Positions 54,895-64,000 are shown, counted from the stretch's first letter. The stretch: DNA of 64,000 nt from Candidatus Sericytochromatia bacterium (GCA_036676985.1 JAKFBU010000039.1:96001-160000), one strand, 5' to 3'. Made by a program: numbers and translations. Notes: generated from the sequence alone by a model not told the origin.

Positions 54895-56016
54895 ATGAAC
54901 AGCTGGAGGCACGCTGCCCTTGCCGGCCTCTTGGCCGCCACGCTCACGGCCTGCGGCCCGGCACCCGGTGGGGTGGACGGCTCGCCGGGCGCCGACGGCG
55001 TGCCGCACGACGTAACAGCCGAGTACTCGCCCGGCGAGGTCTCCGTCTCGCCCACCATCGAGCAGGCCCGGCCCAACGTCGTGGCCGAGACGCTCGCAGG
55101 CTCCGGCTCGCCCGGCAGCTCGGACGGCACGGGACCAGCAGCGAGCATGCTCTCGCCCGAGGGCCTCGCGGTCGCAGCCGACGGCACGGTCTACGTGGCC
55201 GAGCCCTATTCCTACCGGATCCGGCGCATCGCGCCCGACGGCCAGGTCACGACGCTTGCGGGCGGCGGCGCCGAGCCCGGGCGTCTGGACGGACAGGGCT
55301 CGCAGGCCCGGTTCATGGGGCCCAAGGACGTGGCGATCGCCCCCCAGGGCGACCTGTACGTCGTGGACTTCGACTCCGTGCGCCGCGTGAGCCCCGCGGG
55401 GACGGTGACGACCCTCGCCCTCAAGAACGCCGACGGCAGCGAGTACCAGCCCATCGAGCTCTTCGGGATCGCCGCCGACGCCCAGGGCAACCTCTACCTC
55501 TCGTCGACCTACTGGATCGACCGCGTGAGTCCGTCCGGCACCGTCTCGCGGTACGCGGGCAACGACGTCAAGGGCTACGCGGACGGCGCTGTCGGGCGCA
55601 GTTACTTCAACCTGCCGCGCAAGCTCGCCTTCGATCGCGCGGGCAACCTGTTCGTGGCGGACTACGGCAACCTGCGCATCCGGCGCATCGCACCCGATCG
55701 CTCGGTGACGACGGTGGCGGGCAACGGCATCCTCGGCTACACGGACGGTCCGGCCGCCAACTCGCGGCTCAACTTCCCGAGCGGCCTTGCCGTGGACGCG
55801 GCAGGCAACGTGCTGGTGGCCGACACCTTCAACCACTCCATCCGCCAGATCGGCACGGACGGCGTGGTCCGGACCCTGGCCGGCAACAACGCGGCGGGCT
55901 ACTCCGACGGCACCGGCACCATCCAGTTCGATCGCCCGATGGACGTCGCCGTCCGGCCCGACGGCTCGATCCTGGTGGCGGACAGCGAGAACGACCGCGT
56001 CCGCATCCTGAGGTAA
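54895..56016 (+). CDS. NHL-repeat beta-propeller lipoprotein
   Basis: Lipobox LTAC; repeats F..P.G(L)A.D..GN..VAD..N..IR.I...G.V.TLAG. Confidence 0.9.
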   Translation: MNSWRHAALAGLLAATLTACGPAPGGVDGSPGADGVPHDVTAEYSPGEVSVSPTIEQARPNVVAETLAGSGSPGSSDGTGPAASMLSPEGLAVAADGTVYVAEPYSYRIRRIAPDGQVTTLAGGGAEPGRLDGQGSQARFMGPKDVAIAPQGDLYVVDFDSVRRVSPAGTVTTLALKNADGSEYQPIELFGIAADAQGNLYLSSTYWIDRVSPSGTVSRYAGNDVKGYADGAVGRSYFNLPRKLAFDRAGNLFVADYGNLRIRRIAPDRSVTTVAGNGILGYTDGPAANSRLNFPSGLAVDAAGNVLVADTFNHSIRQIGTDGVVRTLAGNNAAGYSDGTGTIQFDRPMDVAVRPDGSILVADSENDRVRILR

Positions 56017-56018
56017 TC

Positions 56019-57197
56019 ATGCGCCGTCTCTTGCCCCTGGCGCTCTTCGGTCTCGTCGCCTGCTCCGCCCCACCCCCGTCCGTCCCCTCCACGATCGGCC
56101 CCCCGGCTCCGGTCCGGACCGCGACGCCCCGTCCTTTCCCGAGCTCGACGCCCGACGTCATCGGCGAGCGCGATCTGCTCCTGCAGACGGCCGTCGGCAG
56201 CGGCACGGCGGGCTTCGCCGGGGACGGCGGCCCTCCGCAGGAGGCCCGACTGAACACGCCGACGGGGCTCGCTATCAACCGCGGAGACCTCCTGATCGCC
56301 GACCAGGCCAACCACCGCATCCGGCGCCTCACCTACGACGGGGAGCTCGAGACCTACGTGGGCACCGGCACGCCCGGCTTCAACGGCGACGGCGCCGCGC
56401 TCACCCAGCTCCAGCTCAACTCCCCCTACAAGATCCTCTCGGACGACGCCACGGGGCTCATCTTTATCGCCGATCGGGGCAACGGGCTCATCCGCTGCAT
56501 CGACCCGAGCGATCGCCTGATCACCGTCGCCGGCGGCGGGCAAACGACCCTCACGAACGGCGGGGCGGCCGTCAGCGGCCTGGATGCCAAGCTCGACGGG
56601 GTGGCCGGCATGGCCATCGACTCGTCGGGCCACCTCTACATCACCGAGTCCTCGGGCAACCGCATCCTGCGCCTCAACGTCGATCACGAGTGGCAGATCT
56701 CGGTCTACGCGGGCACGGGCACGGCGGGCTTCGGCGGCGACGGAGGAAACGCCCTCCAGGCGCGCTTCAACCAGCCCGTGGATCTGGCCATCGACGCCCA
56801 GGACAACCTCTACGTCGCCGACATGGGCAACCACCGGATCCGCAAGATCTCCCCGGAGGGGGTGGTGTCGACCCTCGCCGGCAACGGCCTGCCCGGGTTC
56901 TTCGGCGACGGCCGGCCCGCCGAGGAGGCGAGCCTCAACCTGCCCTCGGCCGTGGCCTCGGACAACCAGGGCAACATCTTCCTGGCCGACAGCGGCAACC
57001 AGCGGATCCGGGGGGTGCGCCCCGACGGGGCCATCGTCACCCTCGCCGGCACGGGAACTGCGGGCTACTCGGGCGACGGCGGCCTGCCGGGGCTGGGCAC
57101 GTTCAACGCGCCGTGGGCGATCGCCTACTCTCCCACGGGCGGCCTCTACGTGGCCGACCGAGACAACCACGCCATCCGGCACTTCAACGTGCCCTAA
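56019..57197 (+). CDS. Teneurin-like NHL-repeat lipoprotein
   Basis: Lipobox LVAC; AGTGTAGFGGDGG..A.FNQP repeats. Confidence 0.9.
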   Translation: MRRLLPLALFGLVACSAPPPSVPSTIGPPAPVRTATPRPFPSSTPDVIGERDLLLQTAVGSGTAGFAGDGGPPQEARLNTPTGLAINRGDLLIADQANHRIRRLTYDGELETYVGTGTPGFNGDGAALTQLQLNSPYKILSDDATGLIFIADRGNGLIRCIDPSDRLITVAGGGQTTLTNGGAAVSGLDAKLDGVAGMAIDSSGHLYITESSGNRILRLNVDHEWQISVYAGTGTAGFGGDGGNALQARFNQPVDLAIDAQDNLYVADMGNHRIRKISPEGVVSTLAGNGLPGFFGDGRPAEEASLNLPSAVASDNQGNIFLADSGNQRIRGVRPDGAIVTLAGTGTAGYSGDGGLPGLGTFNAPWAIAYSPTGGLYVADRDNHAIRHFNVP

Positions 57198-57199
57198 GC

Positions 57200-57231
57200 C
57201 GAACGGCCCCCGGTTTCCCGGGGGCCGTTCG
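57200..57231. terminator. Hairpin between convergent operons
   Basis: CGAACGGCCCCC...GGGGGCCGTTCG. Confidence 0.7.
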
Positions 57232-57252
57232 CTTGGTGGGTCGCGTTGGACC

Positions 57253-58488
57253 CTATTTGCTCACCTTCACGAAGGTCGCCTTGATCAGGCCCAGCGCGAC
57301 GTTGAGCTCCGATCCGTCGTCGCTGAACTGCATCGAGACCGTTTTCCCGCCTTTGCTGGCGCTCAGGTTCTTGGCGAACTGGGACGTGAACGAGTGCGAG
57401 AAGTCCGCGCCCTTGATGATCGAGAGGAACACGTCGACCTTGACGTTGTCGCTCTTGCCCGCGCGCTCGAAGGTGATGCGGCTCTCGCTGCCGCCCTTGA
57501 GCTCCCAGGCGCCCCCGATCTTGTCGATGAGGGCGACCGGAGCCGCGGTCGGCGCCGGAGTGGGCGTGGTCAGCCGGTTGGCAGCCGCCGCAGCGGCGGC
57601 CGGCGGCAGGGCATTCTTGATGGAGCCGCCGGAGGTCTGGGCCTTCTTCGCCTCGGACGCGACCGCGGAGTTCGCGCCCATGGCCGACCGCAGCTTCGAA
57701 CCCGACAGCGCCACCTGCGTGTTGCCCGCACCCTTGTTCGACAGGAAGGTTCCGACCTTGGTCTTGGCCACCTGCGAGCTGAGATCGGACAGTGCCGCCT
57801 GGGGCGAGTGAAGTCGGCCCAAGATCACCCGACGGTCGTCGGTCCCGAGCGAGTCACGCCGGCTGAAGGCGTCCTTGCCCGAGGAGGCGACGTCCTTGTT
57901 GTAGGGCGATCCGACCACCCAGTCCGTGTACTCCGGCGTGGGATCGAGCTCGCTGAAGGTCTCCTTGGTAAGGGGATCCGTCCACTCGACCAGGTAGTAG
58001 TTCACGTCCCGGGTCCGGGTCGCGTAACGGTTGTAGACGGTCCACGGCTTGTAGCCCGCCACGTCCTCGAAGAGGGAGTAGCGCGTCAGCTTGTAGGTGA
58101 CCAGGAAATCGTCCTCGTAGTAGGACTTCTTGGAGTTGGGGACGTCTCCCTGGAGCACCTCGAACTTCTTGCGGGTCGTGATCTCGTCCCCGCCGTAGAC
58201 GCGATCGGTCTTGCCCATCGAGATCTCGCCCTTTTCCTCGCGCGACGTGGACACCTTGCGGCTCAGATCCCCGTCCTGGAGGAAGTAGGTGCGGTTCTTG
58301 ACGTCCACCAACTGCCAGGAGCCCGAGCCGGGCTTCTCGGGGTTGGGAACGAAGGTCCTGACCTTGCGCTCCTTGACCACCAGCCAGTCGGCACCCAGGT
58401 TGGGGGCCTGGGCGAGGGCCGGCTGCACGAGGATCGAGAGCGCCACCAGCGAGCAGGACGCCGTGCCGACGATCTGACGAATGTTCAT
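57253..58488 (-). CDS. Secreted hypothetical protein with Ala/Pro linker and C-terminal beta domain
   Basis: Signal peptide ending ALA; RBS AGGAGG; C-terminal domain similar to the ORF at 63727. Confidence 0.8.
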   Translation of the reverse strand: MNIRQIVGTASCSLVALSILVQPALAQAPNLGADWLVVKERKVRTFVPNPEKPGSGSWQLVDVKNRTYFLQDGDLSRKVSTSREEKGEISMGKTDRVYGGDEITTRKKFEVLQGDVPNSKKSYYEDDFLVTYKLTRYSLFEDVAGYKPWTVYNRYATRTRDVNYYLVEWTDPLTKETFSELDPTPEYTDWVVGSPYNKDVASSGKDAFSRRDSLGTDDRRVILGRLHSPQAALSDLSSQVAKTKVGTFLSNKGAGNTQVALSGSKLRSAMGANSAVASEAKKAQTSGGSIKNALPPAAAAAAANRLTTPTPAPTAAPVALIDKIGGAWELKGGSESRITFERAGKSDNVKVDVFLSIIKGADFSHSFTSQFAKNLSASKGGKTVSMQFSDDGSELNVALGLIKATFVKVSK

Positions 58489-58497
58489 GTTGGCCTC

Positions 58498-59979
58498 CTA
58501 CTTCTTCTGCCCGGGCGCCTGTGCCGGGTCGAGCGCAAACCACACGTCCTCGCTGAGGATGGGCTTGCCGTCGCGGATGGCCTGGCTGCGCATGAGGTAC
58601 TCGCCGTCGTCGTTGAGGACGTACTTGTGCTTCAAGGAAACCTCGGTGATGCCGACAGAGGCGAGCGAGAAGATCTCGGGCGCCTGGACGCGGCCGTCGT
58701 GGTTGCCGTCCTTCCAGAGCTTCAGGCCCTCGAGCTGTTCGCCCTTCAGGATCCCGCTGCCCATCTTGGGCATCAGGCCGGAGGTGTCGGCGAGCAACGC
58801 CGGCGTGTCCCACTTGGCGGCAAGCTTGGCATAGCCGTTGGCGTAGCCGCCCGCGTTGCCGAAGAGCAGGCTGCCGTCGATGTAGCCGTTGCCCTTGGCC
58901 GCGGCCGAGACCTTGCCCTGCCGGTCGTCGACCAGGAAGGCGTCGCCGGTGTCGTTGAGCCACTCGGTGCGCAGCTGCTTGCCTTCCGCCATCAGGTCGA
59001 ACAGGAGCGAGCCGGCGGGCACGTACTTGTTCTTGGGGTTGCGGAGCATGGCCGTGCTGAGGCCCGTGACGCCGATCTTGCCGTCGCCGTTGAGGTCGAA
59101 GGCGATGGGCGACGCCGTCCAGACGGCCTCCCGGTACAGGGCCTTGGCGAGACCGGTCGCCTCGGCGGTGGTCAGCCCGCCGACCGACAGCTTGAAGAGG
59201 TCCGAGTAGCCGCTCCAGACCTGGTAGCCCGTTTTCGAGGAGAACTTCTGCATGTACGGGTTGCTGGCGTCGTAGACGTTGTAGGTCTTGGAGCCCGCGT
59301 ACTGGCTGAAGTTGCCCGTCAGGGGCGACGCCAGGGTGAACGCGGGCAGGATGCCCGACTCCATCGCCTCGGCGATCTTCAAGAAGCGATAGGCCTGCGA
59401 GAGGATCGACTTGGTGTTGTGATAGAAGTTGTTGTTGTTCGGCGCGGCCTGCTCGGAGATGACCGCGCTGCGGCGACCTTCCCAGTCGCTCGAGTCGTTG
59501 AACTGGGCCTTGAGGACCACGCCCCAGCGAGTCTCCATCTCAGGCAGCTTGAAGGCCCGGGTGTGGTAGTCGTAGGTCGGGGTGTCCGGCGCGTTGTCGG
59601 AGGGGAAGATGCCCGTCGTCTGCACGTTGGTCAGGTAGGGCTTGAGCTCGTTGAGCTTGGTCTTGAGCTGATCCATGGTGAGCTGGCCATCGGCGATCTT
59701 CTTGGCGAGGTCATCCAGGCCCGTCTGCGAGGGGACCAGGTTGCTGCCGAAGACGTCGGAGAAGACGTTGCGGACGGCCGCCGCATCGTAGGCGACCCAG
59801 CGGAAGGTCCGCTCCTGGACGTTGATCCAGTAGCCGTTCTTGCCGTTGCTCTGGCCGCGGGTGACCGATTGCGACTTCTCGACTCGATCGGAAGCCTGGG
59901 CGGTGGCAGCGAGGGGAAGTACCAGCGTCGTCACGGCGAGCACCCCCGCCGCGAGCCGGGTCCATTGTGGCTGTTTCAT
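58498..59979 (-). CDS. Secreted protein with C-terminal FrpC self-processing-module-like Ca-binding domain
   Basis: Signal peptide; SPIAFDLNGDG, FDL, EWL, DAFLV.D, LFGN, LKLWKDGNHDG, SLASVGI and EDVWFA. Confidence 0.8.
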   Translation of the reverse strand: MKQPQWTRLAAGVLAVTTLVLPLAATAQASDRVEKSQSVTRGQSNGKNGYWINVQERTFRWVAYDAAAVRNVFSDVFGSNLVPSQTGLDDLAKKIADGQLTMDQLKTKLNELKPYLTNVQTTGIFPSDNAPDTPTYDYHTRAFKLPEMETRWGVVLKAQFNDSSDWEGRRSAVISEQAAPNNNNFYHNTKSILSQAYRFLKIAEAMESGILPAFTLASPLTGNFSQYAGSKTYNVYDASNPYMQKFSSKTGYQVWSGYSDLFKLSVGGLTTAEATGLAKALYREAVWTASPIAFDLNGDGKIGVTGLSTAMLRNPKNKYVPAGSLLFDLMAEGKQLRTEWLNDTGDAFLVDDRQGKVSAAAKGNGYIDGSLLFGNAGGYANGYAKLAAKWDTPALLADTSGLMPKMGSGILKGEQLEGLKLWKDGNHDGRVQAPEIFSLASVGITEVSLKHKYVLNDDGEYLMRSQAIRDGKPILSEDVWFALDPAQAPGQKK

Positions 59980-60004
59980 GGCTTACTCCTTTGAGGCTCG
60001 GCGG

Positions 60005-61261
60005 CTAGCGGCGCGCGGGGGGCTCGGCAGCGAACCAGACGTCTTCGGACAGCTGACGCTTGCCATGCTGGACGTAGTAGCTCACGATGAGCGTCTCACC
60101 GTCCGCGTTCTGCCGGAACTCGGGGCGCAGGCCGATCTCGGTGATCCCGAGCGACGGCAGCGACTTGAGCTCGCCCGCCTGGACGACGGCGTCCCGGTTG
60201 CCGTCCACCCATACCTTGAGGTCCTTGAGGTCCTTACCGACGAGCTTTTCACGCTGGGCGATCGCCGGGAGGCCCTTGAGCTTCACGGCCGCGGTCGAGA
60301 TGCCGCCCGTCAGGAGCGCCAGCTTCTGGAAGCCGTGGTCGTAGCCCACCACGTTGCCGAAGAGCTTGGTACCGTCGATCCGACCGCCGGCCATGGCCGC
60401 CTTGGTGACGGCATTGCCCTTGTCGTAGACGAGGAAGCCGTCGCCGTCGCCGTTGAGCCATTCGTAGCGTTCGGCCTTGCCGCTCGCGCGCAGGTCGAAC
60501 AGGACCGACCCCTCGCGGACAAAGGAGTTCTTCGCGTTGCGGACCGCCGCCGAGCTCTTGCCCGTCACGCCGATCTTCCCGTCATGGTTGAGATCCAGCA
60601 CGATGGGCGAGTAGGTGTCGATGCCCAACTCGAAGACTTCCTTCAGCTTCGCGAGGACGGCCGCCTTGGTGAGCGCGATGTTGTACGGCCGTTCGATGTA
60701 GAAGGCCATGAAGTCGCCGCTGAAGGTGCCCTGCGGCGGGATGGCCCCCGCCTCGAGCAGCTGGTAGATGCGCGCCAGGCGTCCGGCCTCGATGAGCGAG
60801 GAAGTCGTGTTGGGCGCACCGCTCTGACCGCTGACGGTGAACACCCCTTCGAGCTGCTTGGTCAGGGTGTTGTAGGTCGAGAGCCAGGTCTTCTTGTTGC
60901 CGTTGTCGCCGACCCAGCTCGGGTTGTTGAGGACCTGGTCGACCGCGTCCCGATAAAGGGTCTTGCCGCGGAAGTTGTAGTCCCCCTTGACGACGTTGGT
61001 GCCGCTGAGGCTGTTCCAGCTCAGCAGATCGCGCAGCTCGCGATCGAGGGCATTCGAGTACCGGTAGGTGTATTCCGTGTACTCGATCCAGGTCCCCTCG
61101 CGCCCGTCCTGGGTCCCGGGGGTCTTGGTGACGGGGCCGTTCATGACCCGCTCATCACCTGCCTTTTGTGCCAGAGCCGCCGATTGAAGGGTGAAAGTAC
61201 CAGCAAGAATACCAAGTGTTAGGAATACCAGCCCACGTTTGCTTCTCATAAGCGTGTGCAT
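60005..61261 (-). CDS. Paralogous secreted protein with C-terminal FrpC SPM-like domain
   Basis: Signal peptide; SPIVLDLNHDG, DGFLVYD, LFGN, LKVWVDGNRDA and EDVWFA; the start may instead be 61249. Confidence 0.8.
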   Translation of the reverse strand: MHTLMRSKRGLVFLTLGILAGTFTLQSAALAQKAGDERVMNGPVTKTPGTQDGREGTWIEYTEYTYRYSNALDRELRDLLSWNSLSGTNVVKGDYNFRGKTLYRDAVDQVLNNPSWVGDNGNKKTWLSTYNTLTKQLEGVFTVSGQSGAPNTTSSLIEAGRLARIYQLLEAGAIPPQGTFSGDFMAFYIERPYNIALTKAAVLAKLKEVFELGIDTYSPIVLDLNHDGKIGVTGKSSAAVRNAKNSFVREGSVLFDLRASGKAERYEWLNGDGDGFLVYDKGNAVTKAAMAGGRIDGTKLFGNVVGYDHGFQKLALLTGGISTAAVKLKGLPAIAQREKLVGKDLKDLKVWVDGNRDAVVQAGELKSLPSLGITEIGLRPEFRQNADGETLIVSYYVQHGKRQLSEDVWFAAEPPARR

Positions 61262-61383
61262 CCTCCCTCCTGTCAGAAAACTGTTCCTTGGTTGCTAGAA
61301 GAGTTATACCCGCGACTCGGCTCCGACTCGGGAAAATGGGCGAAAATTTTCGGGATTTTCCTCTCCGATCGAGCGATCGGCGA

Positions 61384-63588
61384 TCAGTTGCCGCCCTGGA
61401 CCGCGGAGGCCGAGACCTTGAGCTTCAGCTCGGCCAGGAGGCGCAGGCGCAGCTCGTCCGTGCTGCGCAGGCTGACGGCCTGGCCGTTGGTTCCCGGCGA
61501 CGTGAGGCGGAGGCCCACGTACTTCGCGTCCTTGAAGAAGGCCATCTCGGTGGCCGTGAGCTCGATCTGGGACGTCTGGGTCGACGTCCCGTCACCCAGG
61601 GCAAGGGACTTGGTCACGGGCGCCGGATCCGAGAAGGGGTCGTCGGTCTGGGTGAAGAGCAGGTTGAGGACCAACGGCAGGTGCAGGCCGTTGTCGATCA
61701 AGGCGGTAATGACGAAGCGGCTCACCAGCCCCTGGGCGAGGCGCTCCTTGGTGGAGGCGTCCAGGTTGAGGGGCGAGGCCGGCTTGAGGTCGTAGGGCTT
61801 GACGGCCTGGTCCAGTCCCATGGCAGGGAAGATGACGCTCAGGGGGACCGAGACCGCCACCTGGCCCGACAGCTCGTCGTACCGCGTCAACGTCACGAGC
61901 GACGTGCCCGAGTTGATGGTCACGTTGCCGCCGAACTGCAGCTCCTTGGCTCCGGCGTTGAGGATCGAGATCAGGTTGGAGTTCGTCTCGTTGATGTCGA
62001 TGATCGACGTCCGGACGTCGCCGATCGCCGCGGCGGGCTCCATCACGGCGTTGCCCGTGTAGGTCAGCGGCATGGTCGAATCGTCGGCGAGCACGGCGCG
62101 GGCATCGAGGGCGAGCACTCCCGGCAGCTGGCTCTTGTTGTTGATCTTCAGCTGGATGCTCACCCGCGCGAAGCCGATGCCCAGGTCCTTGAATTCCTTG
62201 GGAAGGCTGATGGGGGTCGAAGAGCTGCTGATGGGCACCGTCCGGTTGAGGGTGGCGGACAGGCTCTCGAAGGCGAGGGCCTGCACCGTCGCGCTGCCGG
62301 AGAGGGATTGCCCCGCCTGGTAGACGGCCATGCCGCCCGCCAGGACGAGGTTGGCCGGGATCTCGGGGGACACGGCCTCGGTATCGTAGGACTGGCCCGA
62401 TATGGTGACGCCGACGTGTGTCCCGACGATGGTGGCACCCGCCAGATCCAGGTCGACCTCCTTGACGGCGGGAGTCAGGCCGCCCGCCGGGATGACGATC
62501 GACCGGATGTAGGGATCGCCGTCCGCCTCCTTGATCCCGCTGAGCGTGACGGTCATGGCGGCGTTGACGCCGAAGCCGTTCTCCAGGTGCAGGCGGATGG
62601 ACCCGCTCGCGATCTGGATGTTGGAGATCGAGCCGATGCCGAGATCGGATGGCATGGGGAGGTCGAGGCCATCGGACACGGTCGGGAAGGCCTTGGCCGG
62701 CAGCGAAATGGCCTTGATCTTGATGTCCAGGTCGAGATCGATGGAGATCTGCTGGGAGCCGTCCAGGGACTTGACGTTGAACCCCACGGGCAGCTGTCCC
62801 TTGGTCTTGAACGAGATGGTCAAGGAGCCCGCGATGACGACGTCCGGATCGAGGTCGATGGCGACGGTGCCCGACGTGAGCGGGATCGCGGGGTGCGCGT
62901 CGAGCCACGTCTGGTTGAGGACCGTTCCACCGCTCTTGACGACGAGGTTCTCGATCTCCATGCCCAGGGAGGCCTGATCGGCCGTACCGGCCCCCGCGAC
63001 CTGGTTGACGATGTCCAGCGTGATCTGAGAGCCCGCGTCCAACTTGGCCTTGCGCAGGTCCGAGAGGCTCGTCGTCTTGCTCTGGGTCTGAGAGGGGAAG
63101 GGAACGCTCGCCGGCATGAGGATGGGAGTGATGGGGCTGTCGATTGCGTCCTGCACCGTCCCGAAGGGAGGGACCGACAGGCTCGTGATCCCCAGGTCGT
63201 CTAGCGACAACCTGGGACCCGAGAGCGACTGCGCCAGAGGCGGATCCGGCAGCGTCTGGGCCGGAAAGGTGATGGGATCCTGGGCATCGACCTTGAGGTT
63301 GTCGCCCACCTTGATGGTCGGGATCTCCTGGGCATCGGGCTCGAGCGCATAGGTCTGGTCGGCTCCGACGACAATCGGGACCGAGCCGCCCGACTCGAGG
63401 AGCTTCGAGACGGGCAGGGAAGCCTCGCCGAGTCCCGCCTTGAGATCCACCGGCCACGACGGCAGGGCGTTCACCGGGTTGCCCGAGGCCAGTCGGCTGG
63501 CCGTCTGGAACAGCTCGAAGCCGCAGCCCGTCAGGAGGAGGCTCGCGGCCACCAGCAGGGTGAAGAGTCGGATGAGGGGTCGCCGCAC
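61384..63588 (-). CDS. Large beta-rich lipoprotein (734 aa) of unknown function
   Basis: GTG after GAGGA; lipobox LTGC; repeated beta-sandwich-like segments (L.L.N...N). Confidence 0.8.
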   Translation of the reverse strand: MRRPLIRLFTLLVAASLLLTGCGFELFQTASRLASGNPVNALPSWPVDLKAGLGEASLPVSKLLESGGSVPIVVGADQTYALEPDAQEIPTIKVGDNLKVDAQDPITFPAQTLPDPPLAQSLSGPRLSLDDLGITSLSVPPFGTVQDAIDSPITPILMPASVPFPSQTQSKTTSLSDLRKAKLDAGSQITLDIVNQVAGAGTADQASLGMEIENLVVKSGGTVLNQTWLDAHPAIPLTSGTVAIDLDPDVVIAGSLTISFKTKGQLPVGFNVKSLDGSQQISIDLDLDIKIKAISLPAKAFPTVSDGLDLPMPSDLGIGSISNIQIASGSIRLHLENGFGVNAAMTVTLSGIKEADGDPYIRSIVIPAGGLTPAVKEVDLDLAGATIVGTHVGVTISGQSYDTEAVSPEIPANLVLAGGMAVYQAGQSLSGSATVQALAFESLSATLNRTVPISSSSTPISLPKEFKDLGIGFARVSIQLKINNKSQLPGVLALDARAVLADDSTMPLTYTGNAVMEPAAAIGDVRTSIIDINETNSNLISILNAGAKELQFGGNVTINSGTSLVTLTRYDELSGQVAVSVPLSVIFPAMGLDQAVKPYDLKPASPLNLDASTKERLAQGLVSRFVITALIDNGLHLPLVLNLLFTQTDDPFSDPAPVTKSLALGDGTSTQTSQIELTATEMAFFKDAKYVGLRLTSPGTNGQAVSLRSTDELRLRLLAELKLKVSASAVQGGN

Positions 63589-63678
63589 GATGTCCTCGCT
63601 CGGTTTCGAAACGATTGCCAGTTCCTGACATCTCGATTATTCCCGGCGCCGGGCCGCTTCATCCGTGCCCACGGATAC

Positions 63679-63709
63679 AAAAAGCCCCCCGGGCGCCGGC
63701 CCGGGGGGC
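63679..63709 (-). terminator. Rho-independent terminator
   Basis: GC hairpin followed by a T-run on the minus strand. Confidence 0.75.
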
Positions 63710-63726
63710 GATGGATCGTGTCGTGC

Positions 63727-64000
63727 CTACTGCTTGACGAACGTGCTGCTGACCGTGCTCCTCAGGAACTTGGTCGTGATCACGATCTTCTTGCGGTCCG
63801 CGCTGACCTGACCCGTCGACGTGATGCCGAGCTTGTTGGTCACGGACCAGCTGGGAGAGTACTTGACGGTCCAGTCGTGGTCGAAGGAGCCGAACTGGGA
63901 CTTGAGCACCATGTGCACCTTGATGTTGTCCGAGCTTCCGGCCCGCTGAATGGTGAAGTAGCTCTCGCTCCCGCCCGCCAGACGCCAGGTGCCGACCACG
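63727..64000 (-). CDS. C-terminal fragment of a protein related to the 57253-58488 product (5' end outside the window)
   Basis: GTWRLAGGSES...RAGSSDNIKV matches GAWELKGGSES...RAGKSDNVKV. Confidence 0.75.
   Translation of the reverse strand, partial: VVGTWRLAGGSESYFTIQRAGSSDNIKVHMVLKSQFGSFDHDWTVKYSPSWSVTNKLGITSTGQVSADRKKIVITTKFLRSTVSSTFVKQ

Noticed and set aside
56584-59994. 1136-aa plus-strand ORF
   Set aside because: Largely the antisense shadow of well-formed minus-strand genes with signal peptides and RBSs; stop-poor reverse frames are expected at high GC.
1-64000. Prophage, IS, integron, retron or known anti-phage defence genes
   Set aside because: No integrase, transposase, reverse transcriptase, phage structural or defence motifs recognised; the helicase is a housekeeping Ski2/HelY type beside rnhB.

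Overview
GC-rich (about 70% by eye) chromosomal window from a diderm bacterium. A cyanobacteria-like hypothetical gene, cyanobacteria-like operator motifs and frequent GCGATCGC tentatively suggest a non-photosynthetic Cyanobacteriota relative such as Sericytochromatia (inference). I saw no rRNA, tRNA, CRISPR array, transposase or integrase. Contents in order: the end of an exopolysaccharide locus (Wzc-, Wzy- and Wza-like genes, ATP-grasp, PHP, PIG-L, priming transferase, WbqC); four related surface lipoproteins next to an AMIN/beta-barrel protein; a secreted nuclease; a likely copper-responsive leader-protein operon; ddl with GDP-mannose genes; SAM-I riboswitch plus metK; tdh-kbl; rnhB; a Ski2/HelY-like helicase; an Mla/MCE transporter; a permuted NlpC/P60 protein; a stand-alone MshEN protein; a subtilase; a tad-like operon lacking its ATPase; two NHL lipoproteins; and a terminal cluster of secreted proteins. 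The strongest candidates for undescribed biology are four. (1) A secreted-protein operon at 57.2-64 kb whose two paralogs end in an FrpC-type self-processing module with Ser-Pro in place of the reactive Asp-Pro. (2) A lipoprotein cluster at 8.6-14.5 kb with the sequence hallmarks of a donor-strand, type V pilus-like filament and a possible dedicated translocator. (3) A CutF/CruR-like Cys-rich leader protein ahead of an outer-membrane barrel. (4) A recurring TTAA-N7-TTAA operator upstream of exported-protein genes. All family calls come from motif recognition by eye, not from database searches.
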